Positions 35,800 through 48,762 of a stretch of 64,000 bases of DNA are shown piece after piece. How positions within the stretch are numbered: the stretch's first letter is position 1; each line of letters begins with the position of its first letter. The stretch spans positions 4,464,001-4,528,000 of the forward strand of contig OZ281496.1 in NCBI GenBank assembly GCA_965637545.1. The letters run 5' to 3'. The notes under the pieces are model-generated. The model searched no databases and was not told the DNA's origin. It saw only the letters and a program-made list of their open reading frames with translations. A program made the position numbers and the translations under genes. The stretch is from Phallusia mammillata. Lineage: Eukaryota.

Positions 35800-38700
35800 A
35801 ATAGCTTCAACTAAACTAATAGTGTATTTTGTTAGGTTAGTACTAGTTGTTGTATTTAGATTAACTCAGTTAGTATTATAGTTAGTATAATTTGTATGAT
35901 TAAATTGCATTAAATAGTGTTTTTTGTATGACAGAATTAATATCATTAAATGCATTTTGTGTTACTGAATTAGTAATAGTTGGCATATTCTGTTCACCTA
36001 ATTAATATTATTTAGTGTTTTTGTGTAATTGAATTAGTATTAGTAACTGCCTTTTGGTTGACTGAATTAGTATTAATTGTTGTATTTTAGTTGACTGAAT
36101 TAGTATCAGTTACTAAATTTTGATTGAATTAGTATTAGTTAGTGTATTCTATTTGACTGAATTAGTAATAGTTGTTGTATTTTGTTTGACTGAATTAGTA
36201 TTATATTTAGTGTTTTCTGTTTGACTGATATCCGAAATGTCTGTAGTTAATGACGCTGCAGCTCACGTCAAGAAGGCAGCAAGAATTACAGCAAGGTTTG
36301 AACCATTTCGAATTCTAGGTGCTTTTACCGAGATGTTTTTACCTAGTACGCCTAGAGATATGACATTGGCGTTCCTTTGATGCTTGTACTCCCACGATTG
36401 CTCGGGATAACGAATAAACAAAGATTATATCAACGAGTACCATTTAAAGTGTTCGCTGAACAACGCGATTGCTGCAGACGAGTTCCTTAAACCAGAGTCT
36501 CAAGACCTAATTCGAGTAGTGTACGAACGACTGAAGCAGACCAAAGATCTAGTCCACAAGAACACAATCTTGAGCAACAAGACAACCTGCAAGCCAGGGA
36601 AGGCGTTTCAATTTTAAGAGAAGCTCCAAGTTTCCATCAGAGAGTTGATCATTGCGATCTGGTTGGATCGCATTACGTCGAGCTGCGCCCCCCGTTGGTT
36701 TTTGGTCCTTGCAACGAGGAGAGCAAGCAACCGTCATAGATTTGGTTGTCCATTGCACCACGTCCAAGAACAACTCCCGGTTCAGAAAAGAAGGAGCTAC
36801 ACTGAGTTAGTGTTATAGTTCCTGTCTTTTCTTTGACTGAATTAAGTATTACTTGGCATATTTTGTTTGACTGAATTATTATTAGTTGGTATATTATGTT
36901 TGACAAGATTGGTATTAGTTACTGTATTCCGTTTGACAAAATTGACATTATTTGGTGTATTTTGATAGACTGACTAAATTAGTATTAGTTCGTGTATTCT
37001 GTTTGACTAAAATTGTATTAGTTAGTGTATTCCGTTTGACTAAATTGGTATTATTTGGTGTATTTTGATTAACTGACTGAATTAGTATTAGGTTGTGTGT
37101 TGTGTTTGACTAAATTGCTATTAGTTAGTGCATTCCGTTTGACTAAATTGGTATTATTTGGTGTATTTTGATTAACTGAATTAGTGTTACAGTTACTGTC
37201 TTTTGTTTGACTGAATTAGTGTTATAGCTAGTGTCTTTTCTTTGACTGAATGAAGTATTACTTGGCATATTTTGTGTAACTGGATTAGTATTATTTTGTA
37301 TATTGTGTTTGACTGAATCAGTATTGGTTACTGTATTTTGTATCACTGAATTAGTATTAGTTATTGTATTTTGTTTGACTGAATTACTCTTAGTTAGTGT
37401 ATTTTGATTAACTGAATTAGTGTTACAGTTACTGTCATTTGTTTGACTCATTTATGTATTACTTTGCGTATTTTGGTTGACTGAAGTAGTATTGTTTAAA
37501 GTATTTTGTGTTACAGGGTTAGTGTTAGTTACCCTGTTTTGGTTCACTGAATTAGTATTATTAAATGTATTATGTTTGACTGAATTAGCATTAGTTACTG
37601 TATTTTGCAGCACTAAATCAAAATTAGTAATTGTATTTCGTTTGACTAAATTAGGATTAGTTATGGTATTTTAATTAATTGAATTAGTGTTAGAGTTACT
37701 GTCTTTTGTTTGACTGAATTAAGTATTACTTGGCATATTTTGTTTGACTGAATTAGTATTACTTAGTGTATTCTATTTGACTGAATTAGTATTATATTTA
37801 GTGTATTCTGTTTGACTGATATCAGAAATGTCTCTAGTTAATGACGCTGCAGTTCAAGTCAAAAAGACAGCAAGAATTACAGTACGGTTTAAACCATTTC
37901 GAATTCTAGGAGTTTTTACCGATAGCAGCACTCAGACTGACCTAATAACTGCTGCACACGTAAGTTAGTCAATACCGTTGTCTGACCTAGTTTGCCTGGA
38001 GATATGACATTGACGTTCCTTTGATGCTTGTACTCCCACGATTGCTTGGGATAACGAATAAACGGAGAGTATTAATGAGTACTATTTGAAGTGTTCTCTG
38101 AACAACGCGATTGCTGCAGACGAGTTCGTTAGACCAAAGTCGCACGACCTAATTCGAGTAGTGTACAAACAACTGAAGCAGAACAGAGAACTAGTCCACA
38201 AGAACACAATTTCGAGCAACAATTTCGACAACCTGCAAGCCAGGAAAGGCGTTCTAATTGTAACAGAAGCTCTGCGTTTCCTGCAGAGAGTTGATGATGG
38301 TCATCTGGTTGGATCGCATTACGTCGAGCTGCGCCCATCGCTGTCTTTTTTCCCACAACAAGGAGAGCAAGCAACCGTCATGGATTTGGTTGTTCATTGC
38401 ACCCCGTCCAAGAACAACTCCCGGTTCAGAGAAGAAGGAGCTACACTGAATTAGTGTTATAGTTCCTGTCTTTTCTTTGACTGAATTAAGTATTACTTGG
38501 CATATTTTGTTTGACTGAATTAGTATTATGAGTTTAGTGTATTCCGTTTGACTAAATTGGTATTATTTGGTGTATTTTGATTAACTGACTGAATAAGTAT
38601 TATTTCGTGTATTCTGTTTGACTAAATTGGTATTATTTAGTGTATTCCGTTTGACTAAATTGGGATTATTCGGTGTATTTTGATTAACTGGATTAGTGTT

Positions 38701-39985
38701 ACAGTTACTGTCTTTTGTTTGACCGAATTAGTGTCATTGCTAGTGTCTTTTCTTTGACTGAGTTAAGCATATTTTGTTTAACTGGATTAGTATTATTTTG
38801 TATATTGTGTTTGACTGAATCAGTTTTGGTTACTGTATTTTGTATCACTGAATTAGTATTAGTTAGTGCACTTTGTTTGACTGAATTAGTCTTAGTTAGT
38901 GTATTTTGATTGACTGAATTAGTGTTAGAGTTACTGTCTAATGTTTGACTGAATTCGTATTAGTTAGTGTATTTTGATTAACTGAATTAGTGGTACAGTT
39001 ACTGTCATTTGTTTGACTAAATTAAGTATTACTTGGCGTATTTTAATTGACTGAATTAGTATTATTTATATTATTTTGGGTGACTAAATTAATGTAAGAT
39101 GTGTTTTCACTGAGCTAGTATTTGTAAATGTATTATGTTTGGTTGAATCAGTGTTAGTTACTGTATTTTGGTTAACTCAATTAATATTAGTTCGTTTTTT
39201 GTTTGACTAAATTGATATTAGTTAGTGTATGTTGTTTGATTAGTTTTCTATTACTTGCTGCAATTACTTGAATTAGTATTAGTTATTGTATTTGGATTGA
39301 CTAAATTAGTGTTATAGTTAGTGTATTTTGTATGGGTAAATTCATATTGGTTAGTGTTTTTGTTTGACTAAATTAGTATTAGTTATTATATTTTGAATAA
39401 CTGAATTAATATTAGTTACTTCATTTTGATTGACTGAATTAATAATCTTTAGTGTTTTTTGTGTGGCTGCATTAGTATTAGTTACTGTATTTGGTTGACT
39501 GAATTAGTATCATTAAATGTCCTTTTTTGACTGAATTAGATTTAGTTAATGTGTTCTGTTTGACTAAATTAGTATTATTTAGTGTTTTTGTGTGACTAAA
39601 TTAGTGTTAGTTACTGTATTTTGATTTAATGAATTAGTGTGATTATATGTATTCTGTTTGACTAAATTAATATTATTTTGTGTTTTTTCTGTGACTAAAA
39701 TAAGTATTAGTTACTGTATTGTGTTTGACTGAATTAGTATTATTTGAGGTATTTTGTGTGACTGAATAAGTATTAATTACTGTAATTCTGTTTCATTGAA
39801 TTAGTATTGGTTGCTGCAGTTTGGTTAACTGAGTTGATAATCGTTTTTTTTTTTGACTAGATATTAAATTGATATTAGCATTATTTTATGTATTTCGTTT
39901 CACTGAATTATTGTTAGTTACTGTATTTTAGTTGACTGAATTAGTATTACTAAATGTATTTTGTTTGACTGAGTTAGTATTTGTT
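35800..39985. repeat. 33-bp AT-rich minisatellite array (about 4.2 kb) with an about 1.59-kb higher-order duplication
   Basis: Consensus GACTGAATTAGTATTAGTTACTGTATTTTGTTT. The minus strand reads as 11-aa repeats (KQNTVTNTNSV). Interrupted by two homologous unique cassettes. Confidence 0.95.
36237..38454 (+). pseudogene. Two homologous decayed ORF cassettes (36237-36810 and 37828-38454) embedded in the minisatellite
   Basis: MSLVNDAAVQVKKTARITVRFKPFRILG versus MSVVNDAAAHVKKAARITARFEPFRILG; KCSLNNAIAADEF; LVGSHYVELRP; SKNNSRFR. Stops or frameshifts in both. Family not recognised. Confidence 0.55.
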
Positions 39986-40192
39986 AGTGAAAGCACTAAG
40001 AACAACGAATTAACAACCGCTTCACAGTGCATCATTAACGAAAAGCTAACTGAAATCTCACACTTTAATTCATGGAGAAAATGACAACAATTGCTTGGAC
40101 CTAAATGCAACCATTTGCTGACATACAAAATCGCAATAAATTCTGCTAGGATAAAAAAATAATTTTTTTTTCAAATGAATAATTCTTTACAT

Positions 40193-40497
40193 CAGTGGTT
40201 CTCAAACTTCTACTGATCGGATATTTCTAATGCTGTGTACCACCTAAATCTTGTTTGAATGGGTAGACCAAGAGTTTTTCTTGACTACACTAGCTAATTT
40301 ATAAAACTAACATGTTAGCAGTGCCTAACAAACGTCCAAGACAGTGGTTGTGCCAAATCATGGCTGATCAGTTGGGTCAGTTGAGCAACAATTCATGATG
40401 TGGCTTGAAGTAAGTTTAGAAGAAAGCTACTCGCGTACCACCTGAAACGCCTTGACGTACCACTAGTGATTCGTGTACTACATTTTGAGAACCACTG
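40193..40497. mobile_element. hAT-type MITE
   Basis: TIRs cagtggttctcaaa / tttgagaaccactg. 8-bp flanks are only partly matched. Confidence 0.7.
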
Positions 40498-41789
40498 CCC
40501 TAAATAAACTGTAATGGCCCATTTACTGAGGTGTCTCGACATGTTTTAATTTTAACAACAAACCTTTCTATTTACGTTTTAGAAACTATAAATAGGCTAG
40601 GCTAGTAGAAAACGAGCTGTTTTAAGTTTGATCGGCCGTAGCAACTATAAAACAACAAGCAGGGCTAAACTTTGTAATTCATGCAGTGTGTTCTTATACA
40701 TTTTAATTTGATGAGCACTTTCTTGTATCTTTGAAAACCTAAGAGGTGGTCCTTACTCCCAAGTTTAGGTACCGTTTATGCACTTATTTCCCTTTAAAAC
40801 TTCGTTTTTACGCATGCCATACAAATAACAGATAACTTATACAGTACTATTCGGTCAAACCAAATTCGATTAATCCGAATTTTCGCCTAATTCGTACAAA
40901 ACTTGAGGTACAAATGATTTTTAATGTAAATTCGAAAGTTCGCCTATCCCGACAATGTTTTATTTCAACGAGTCCGGATCAACCGGGGTCTTGTGCCTGT
41001 ATTTTTTTGGACAGTGCGAATATGCTACAAACCAGCAATTTCTTTTTCTAGCACTGTGGTACTCATTTTGTGCCTTACTGGTCCCTTCGCAATTTTCTCG
41101 AGCACTCGCGGTCCAGGATAAATTTATTTATGAAACTAAACATACCTAAGCGAAACAAAACCTACAGTTATAACAACTATAGGCGTTAATTTATGCCTTG
41201 CAAAATTATTCCAATAACAATATGATGGTTGAATTTAGTTCAGTTTCGCGATCTTTCTGAATTCATGTAGTGGACCCCTAAAGGACCGCGGAGCCTAGTT
41301 TGAAAACCGCTGCTGTATAAAAAGTTTGAAACTCAATATCTAATCCTTACCTTGCATCTTCCTACTCTAGCCAGCATATCAGAAAGCTCAGGGTTCTTAC
41401 GGTATATTTATAGCTCTATGATTTGTATAGCACGGAAGTACCAAGAAGGGAAATTCCTATCGAAACCAGTAAGTTATAAAGACGGATATATAAGATTCCC
41501 CTAAGCGTGCGCAACAGACAATAGACAGATGATGAAGTCTATTGACTTAAATAAGGAAGTTGAAACTTACAATGGACTTTGCAGACAATAACTAAAGCAC
41601 AATCTATTACTTCATCTATATTGTAGGTTGCTTGATACAATCAACCCCTCACATGAAAACTTCCAAACAGGATATTCATGGCATGAGCGATAAGACACAA
41701 TTGAAAGTTGCACAACAACGTGAAGTTATAAAAAGGGGAACTTTGATTAATTGAAAAGAATACTGCATTAAGCTCGAGGGGAATTCGTA

Positions 41790-43078
41790 AGCTTGCAAAG
41801 TCGTGCATGCAACAAGCGCTACGGTTGACTGCACCAAGCTCGTTAGGAAACCCGTTTAAGCTTGTAAAGTCGTGTATGTAACAAGCGCAATGGTTGACTG
41901 CACGAAGCCAGTTAGGAACCCGCTACAAAGTCATACTTAAAACAAGCGTCATGTTTGACTGCACGAAGCTCGCCAGGAAACCGGATTTAAGCGATCAAAG
42001 TCATGCATATAACAAGCGCTGTGGTTGACTAAACAAAGCTCGTTAGGAAACCCGCATTAAGCTTGCAAATTCGTGCATACTGCAAAGGCCATAGTTGATT
42101 GTATAAAGCTCGTTAGGAAACCATTTAAGCGTAAAAAGTCATGCATACAACAAGCGCTGTGGTTGACTGCACGATGCTCGTTAGGAAACCCCGTTTTAGC
42201 TTGCAATGTCGTGCATGTAACAAGCGCCATGGTTGACTATAAACGAAGCTCGTTAAGAAACCCGGTTTTGGTTTACAAAGTCGTGTATATAACAAGCGTC
42301 ATGGTTGACTAAACGAAGCTCGTTAAGAAACCCGCTTTTAGCTTGCAAAGTCGTGCATGTAACAAGCGCTATGGTTGACTGCACGAAGCCAGTTAGGAAC
42401 CCGCTTTAAGCGTACAAAGTCATACTTAAAACAAGCGTCATGTTTCACTGCACGAAGCTCGCCAGGAAACCGGAAGCTCGTTAGCAAACTATTAAGCTTC
42501 CAAAGTCGTGCATGCAACAAGCGCAATGGGTGACTGCACGAAGCTTGATAGAAAACCCGCTTTAAGCTTGTAAAGTCATAGATGTAACAAGCGCCATGGT
42601 TGACTGCACGAAGCCCGTTTGGAAACCCGCTTTAGGCGTGCAAAGTCGTTCTTGTAACAAGCACTGTGGTTGACTGCACGAAGCTCGTTAGGAAATCCGA
42701 TTTAAGCCTGCAAAATCGGGCATGTAACAAGCGCCATGGTTGAATGCACGAAACTCGTTAAGAAACCCACTTTAACCGTACAAAGTCACGCATGTAACAA
42801 ACGTTGTGTTTGACTGCACGAAGCTCGAAAGAAAACTCGTTTAAGTTCGCAAAGTCATAGATGTAACAAGCGCCATGGTTGATTGCACGAAGCACGTTAG
42901 GAAACCGGATTCAAGTGGGCCAAATTATGCATGTAACAAGCGCTATGTTTAAATGCACGAAGCTCGTTAGGAAACCCGCGTTTAGGCTTGCAAGGCCATG
43001 TATGTAACTAGCGCTGCGGTTGACTGCACGAAGCTCGTTAGGAAACCCGCTTAAAGCGTGCAAAGTCGTTCATGTTTC
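41790..43078. repeat. About 70-bp tandem repeat array, about 18 copies
   Basis: Consensus gcttgcaaagtcgtgcatgtaacaagcgctatggttgactgcacgaagctcgttaggaaacccgctttaa. The aacaagcg motif recurs mostly every 69-72 bp. Confidence 0.95.
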
Positions 43079-43995
43079 AAAACAAATGTTACATGCAGTA
43101 GATTAGACGTAGTAGATTTAGATTGTCTTTTTCAAAAGAAAAAGTCCACATGCTAACTAACTATTACGGTGCCATCCAAAGTACATTCTTTGCCGTAGAT
43201 AAAAGGGGACGTTTTTTGGCTTTCGCTATTGACGGCCGCATCACAGGTCTATGTTTCAATAACGGCCGACAATGTGTTCAGGGTTGCCAGGTTGGCCCGT
43301 TTCCGGCCAGAATCGACCTTTTTGGTCTTATTCCAGAGGTCTTGGCCGAAAAAATGATTATGTGTACAATAAGAGTAAATAAAAAAACAGCACTTAAACG
43401 CGTATGTCTGCTGGGCCTCTAATGTAAAAATCCTGTTCTAAACTCATACAATCCAAGATTGATGTTTCAACTTCGAATATCTGCATTCAAACTGAATAGC
43501 ATTTCTGTGTAATTGTTAGACAGCACAAAATAATCGAAAAACTTTTATATAATTTTGTTCCACACATCTTTTAAACAGAACAGACACACTTTAGGTAAGG
43601 CAAAAAATAATATCAAAGTATGTACCACTTTAAAATAGTTTGCGTGGTAACACGAATAACATTATTTAATGAAGATTGGTTTATATAGGTGGGCAAAAAA
43701 TTGGTTAAGCTATTTGTTTGGCAAAGATTTTGCAAAAGCTTGCTAAAACAATGCATTTATAAGCTCATTAAAGTACCTAATTAACCATTTTAGTGAAAAA
43801 TATATGTAACAAATGCTATGGTTGATTGTGACTGGCTTTTGAACATACAAGGCATACCAAAATTTAAATTTTAAATATACGAAGCCTAAAAACCATAAAG
43901 TTAAGAGGTTATGTAAAAATCACATAAAGGAACTATTTCAAAACATTACTGTACATGATAGAAAGATAACATCTTTAAATAGGTCAAACACATTA

Positions 43996-44583
<588 letters not shown>

Positions 44584-44634
44584 TCATGATCAAATAATAA
44601 ATTTTGAACACTATATACGGATCTGTTCATAATT

Positions 44635-44860
44635 TAATGGTAAAAATAATGGCCCGAATAGAAAAGCAACATGCTTTATTTTTGAAATGTTTCGGCAAAT
44701 GCTCATGCAATCATCAGTAATATGAAGGTCACATCAGTTACACCCGTTTATATACACTTTATATCACAAATGATGGCATGAGCATTTGCTGAAACATTTG
44801 AAAAAATAAAGCATGTTGCTTTTTTTGTCTATTTGGGCCATTATTTTTTACCATTAAGTA
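44635..44860. mobile_element. MITE with about 85-bp inverted repeats (related copy about 28220-28450)
   Basis: ttaatggtaaaaataatggcccgaatag..gcaaatgctcatg is inverted at the right end. Confidence 0.75.
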
Positions 44861-44948
44861 ACGACTGGAAATGTGACCTTACTAGTTATCAGTTTAAACA
44901 TGAAACAGTACACAACAGAAATAAAAGCCATTAATTGACATTTAAGTA

Positions 44949-44999
44949 AGCTGCAGACAGTACATGCTGTTTTAACACAAAATGTCTTATCAATACAGC
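44949..44999 (-). ncRNA. Degenerate hammerhead motif of the 10.7-kb family
   Basis: GCTGTA-TTGATAA-GACA TTTTG TGTT-AAA-ACAG CATGTA CTGT-C-TGCAGC. Stems I and III pair, the core is mutated. Confidence 0.5.
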
Positions 45000-45171
45000 A
45001 GATTTTGGTAGGGTATGGGTTTAAAGCCTTTTACTTCTGTAACAATCTGGCATGGTGTATATGGCTATGCTAGCTTGTACAAGCAATGTCTTGTCACCAA
45101 AGTGTTTAATAGAGCATATATATCAATCATGTTTCATATGCATATATAAGCTATTGCTGCCAGGCATATAG

Positions 45172-45362
45172 CAAGTTTATAGAGCTCTTCTGGCAAATGT
45201 ATTTTTATTCTGACATTTCAATGTCCTATGCAGGTCGTCTTCATCAGGGTAAATAACACTGAATGCGACTAGTACAGAGCACAATAACAAAGGAAAATTC
45301 ATGAATTCGAAAATCAAATGTCGGAATAAAAATACATTTGCAAGAAGAGCTCTATAAACTTG
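45172..45362. mobile_element. Short element with inverted ends and a CTGATGA..GAAA hammerhead-like motif (45212-45247 minus); related copy 51490-51620
   Basis: Inverted ends aagtttatagagctcttctggcaaatgtatttttattctgacattt / aaatgtcggaataaaaatacatttgcaagaagagctctataaactt. Minus strand ctgatgaagacgacctgcataggacattgaaatgtc. Confidence 0.55.
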
Positions 45363-45452
45363 ATTTATCAAACATGTTTCATATGCAATCAAATTGTACA
45401 GGAAGTTTTATCCAATATTTGTAAAATATACTTTACAATTTACCTTCAATAA

Positions 45453-48400
45453 TGTAGTGTTTTATAATGTGCCGGTTACCATCGTGTGTCGTCTGTTGCA
45501 TGAACCGTTGTGTGCATTGTTATTCTACCTAGCGTGTGCTGCGTATTGGACAGTAACATAAAAAATCTGGTATAATCCCGCAAAGCGTGAGTGAGACGCT
45601 ATATTTGGCGACGAGGATCTGTTTTACATTTGTTTTATCAACATTTGGGTTGATTGTGGATCTTCCTGAAGGTAATGGAAGGAAATCCTGACCTCGTGGG
45701 AATGTCAAACAGTGATGTCGGTGCACCGAAACCATTTGATGTTCAAGACGGTGCACATGGTTTATCTCAACGCTGGAAACGTTGGAAACGAGCTTTCAAT
45801 CTATTCTTGGTGGGAAAGGGAATCACGAGTAGCGTTCAGAAAATGGCACTGTTGCTACATACTGCAGGTATGAATGTGCAGGAAATTTACTATACACTAG
45901 TAAACGAGGAAGATGACAACAAGACCTATGATGAAACTTTAACTGTTTTCAATGAGTATTTTATACCAAAGTGCAACATACCTTTTGAAAGACATTTGTT
46001 TCGTCAATTGCATCAAACAAATGACGAATCAGTTGATCAGTTTGTATGTCGATTAAGACAAAGTGCAGCTACTTGCAATTTCGGAAATGAAGCAGATGAC
46101 CAAATTCGTGATCAAGTAATTGTCTGGATATGCGACAGGCTAATACAGCTATCGTGAGGGAAAGACATCCAATACCCACAGTGGAAGAGTTGCTTTATGA
46201 GCTTAACGGAAGTACTGTTTTCAGTAAATTGGACTTAAAGTGGGGATTTCATCAAATTTTACTTGATAAACACAGCAGGCATATCACTACATTTAACACA
46301 CACAAGGGATTGTACAGGTATACTAGACTAATGTTTGGTCTAAACTCTGCCCCAGAGAAATACCAGAAGATTATATGGGATGTTTTGAAAGGATGTCAAG
46401 GAACTGCAAACATTGCAGATGATGTGATTGTACATGGGCGTACAAGGAAAGAGCATGATCAGAGGTTGTTTGCTGTGTTGGATAAAATGTCTCAGTGTGC
46501 TCTGACACTGAATGCTAAAAAGTGCAAATTTCGTATGGCTAAACTTACCTTTTTTGGACATGATTTGAGCAAGCAAGGGATTAATCCAAGTGAAGAGAAA
46601 ATAGCAGCAATCCAGTGAAGCAAGATCTTTTATGGGATTGGTGCAGTATTCTGCAAGGTTTATTCCCAATTTGTCTTCAATTGCAAGACCCATTTTGGAT
46701 TTAACAAAGAAAACTGTCAAGTTTACATGGGGCAAGGCCCAGGACATTGCATTTGTAAGACTGAAGGATTTAATTGTGAAAGCAGATACACTTGCCTATT
46801 TTCGTAATGACTGCACAACAAGAGTAATCGCAGATGCTTCTCCATACGGATTGGGTGCAGTTCTGACTCAGTGGCAATGTGGTCAATGGAGAGTTATATC
46901 TTATGCATCAAGGCGTCTTACTGATGTTGAAAGAAGATACAGCCAAACAGAACGAGAGGCATTGGCTCTAGTTTGGGCTTGTGAGAGGTTTAATTTGTAC
47001 CTGTTTGGAAAGAAGTTTGAATTAGAGACTGACCATAAACCACTTCAGTTTATTTACTCAAAGTCATCTAAACCTCCAGCACGTATTGAACGTTGGGTGC
47101 TGAGACTGCAAGGGTAAGATTTTAAAGTTGTTTACAGACCAGGCAAAACTAATATTGCCGATGCATTGTCAAGACTTAATTTAGCATGCTGTATTGACAA
47201 CAGTGTTTCTGAGGACTTCATTGGTCAAGTTGTGGAATACAGTACACCTGTTGCTATGTCATCAAAAGAAGTGGAAAGAGAATCTGAAAATGATGAAGAA
47301 CTAAGAATGGTCAGACATTGTGTGAAAACAGGTGATTGGTCAAAATGTGTGAATCCAAGCTACCTACATGTGAAAAATGAACTCAGTATATATGGAAACC
47401 TGATACTTAGAGGCACTCGACTTGTAATTCCGGGTAGTTTGCGCCAAGCTGTGTTGAAACTTGCTCATGAGGGACACCAGGGTATTGTGAAAACAAAGAA
47501 CAGGCTTCGTTGTAAAGTTTGGTGGCCAAAGATGGATAGAGATGCAGAAACCCTGTGTAAGAGGTGTCATGGATGCCAAGTAACCAGTGAGTACAGCAGG
47601 CCAGAACCAATTGCAAGAGTTCTACCTCCAAGTCAACCATGGCAGGATTGTGCAGCTGATATACTGGGACCTTTACCAAGTGGAGACAACATATTGGTGT
47701 TGGTGGATTACTATAGCAGGTTCTATGAAGTAGTAATTATGAGGTCAATTACAAGTTCCTGTGTAATACAAACGCTAAGCAAAATATTTGCACGATTTGG
47801 TATGCCTTACTCACTTCAGACTGATAATGGTCCACAGTTCATTTCTAAAGAATTTGAAGATTTTTTGAATGAAAATGGTGTTGAACATGTTCATACAACT
47901 CCACTTTGGCCTCAAGCTAATGGGGAAGTGGAGAGACAGAACAGAACTCTAATGAAGGCAATCCGTGTGGCTCATTTAGAACACAAAGATTGGAAGGCTG
48001 AGATTAACAAATTTTTAATGGCGTACAGATCAACACCACAGTCAACAACTGGAGCTTCTCCATATTATTTAATGTTTGGTCGTGAAATGCGAACAAAGCT
48101 TCCGGAGCTTTGTCAAGAACCAAATGTGACTGAAGAAGAGTTTCATGACAGAGACTGGAGCAACAAGTTGAAAGGAAAACTATACACTGATGAGAAAAGA
48201 AGAGCAATTTCCTCCGGAATAAAAGTTGGTGATCAAGTTTTGGTGAAGCAGCCCAAAACCAACAAGCTTTCTACAAATTTTGATCCGGAACCTAAAAAAG
48301 TTGTCGGTGAAGAAAGTGGTGAAATTACAATTCAGAACAAGGAGGGGGTGGAAATGAAAAGAAATTCATCATTTCTGCGAAAGTATGTCAATGACGAAAG

Positions 48401-48762
48401 TATATCAGAGGATGTTCCCCATGTACCACCATTGGTCGATGTGGAAGCCTCATCCCCAAATTCTGATGTGACAAATGGAACGCGAAGTCGCTCTGGACGA
48501 CAAATTATAACGCCAATGTGGTTTCGTGATTTTGTGTAGCATTGTTATGCACATGTGTTTTAATTTCGTTGTTGTGATGTTTAAAGTAAAAAGGGAGGGA
48601 TGTAGTGTTTTATAATGTGCCGGTTACCATCGTGTGTCGACTGTTGATTTAACCGTTGTGTGCATTGTTATTCTACCCAGCGTGTGCTGATGGTGTGCTG
48701 CGTATTGGACAGCAACATAATAAATCTGGTATAATCCCGCAAAGCGTGAGTGAGACGCTACA
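45453..48762 (+). mobile_element. Ty3/Gypsy LTR retrotransposon (Mag-like), internally deleted and defective
   Basis: LTRs 45453-45603 and 48601-48762 (TG..TA/CA), TSD AATAA, PBS TGGCGACGAGGAT, PPT aaagtaaaaagggaggga. Gag N-terminus about 45675-46115 is fused to RT (IADD). Stops at 46616-46618 and 47115-47117. RNase H, then integrase (H-H-C-C, GPQF, NGEVER). Confidence 0.97.

Noticed and set aside
41790-43078. CRISPR array
   Set aside because: Contiguous diverged units without unique spacers, no cas genes, and a eukaryotic context.
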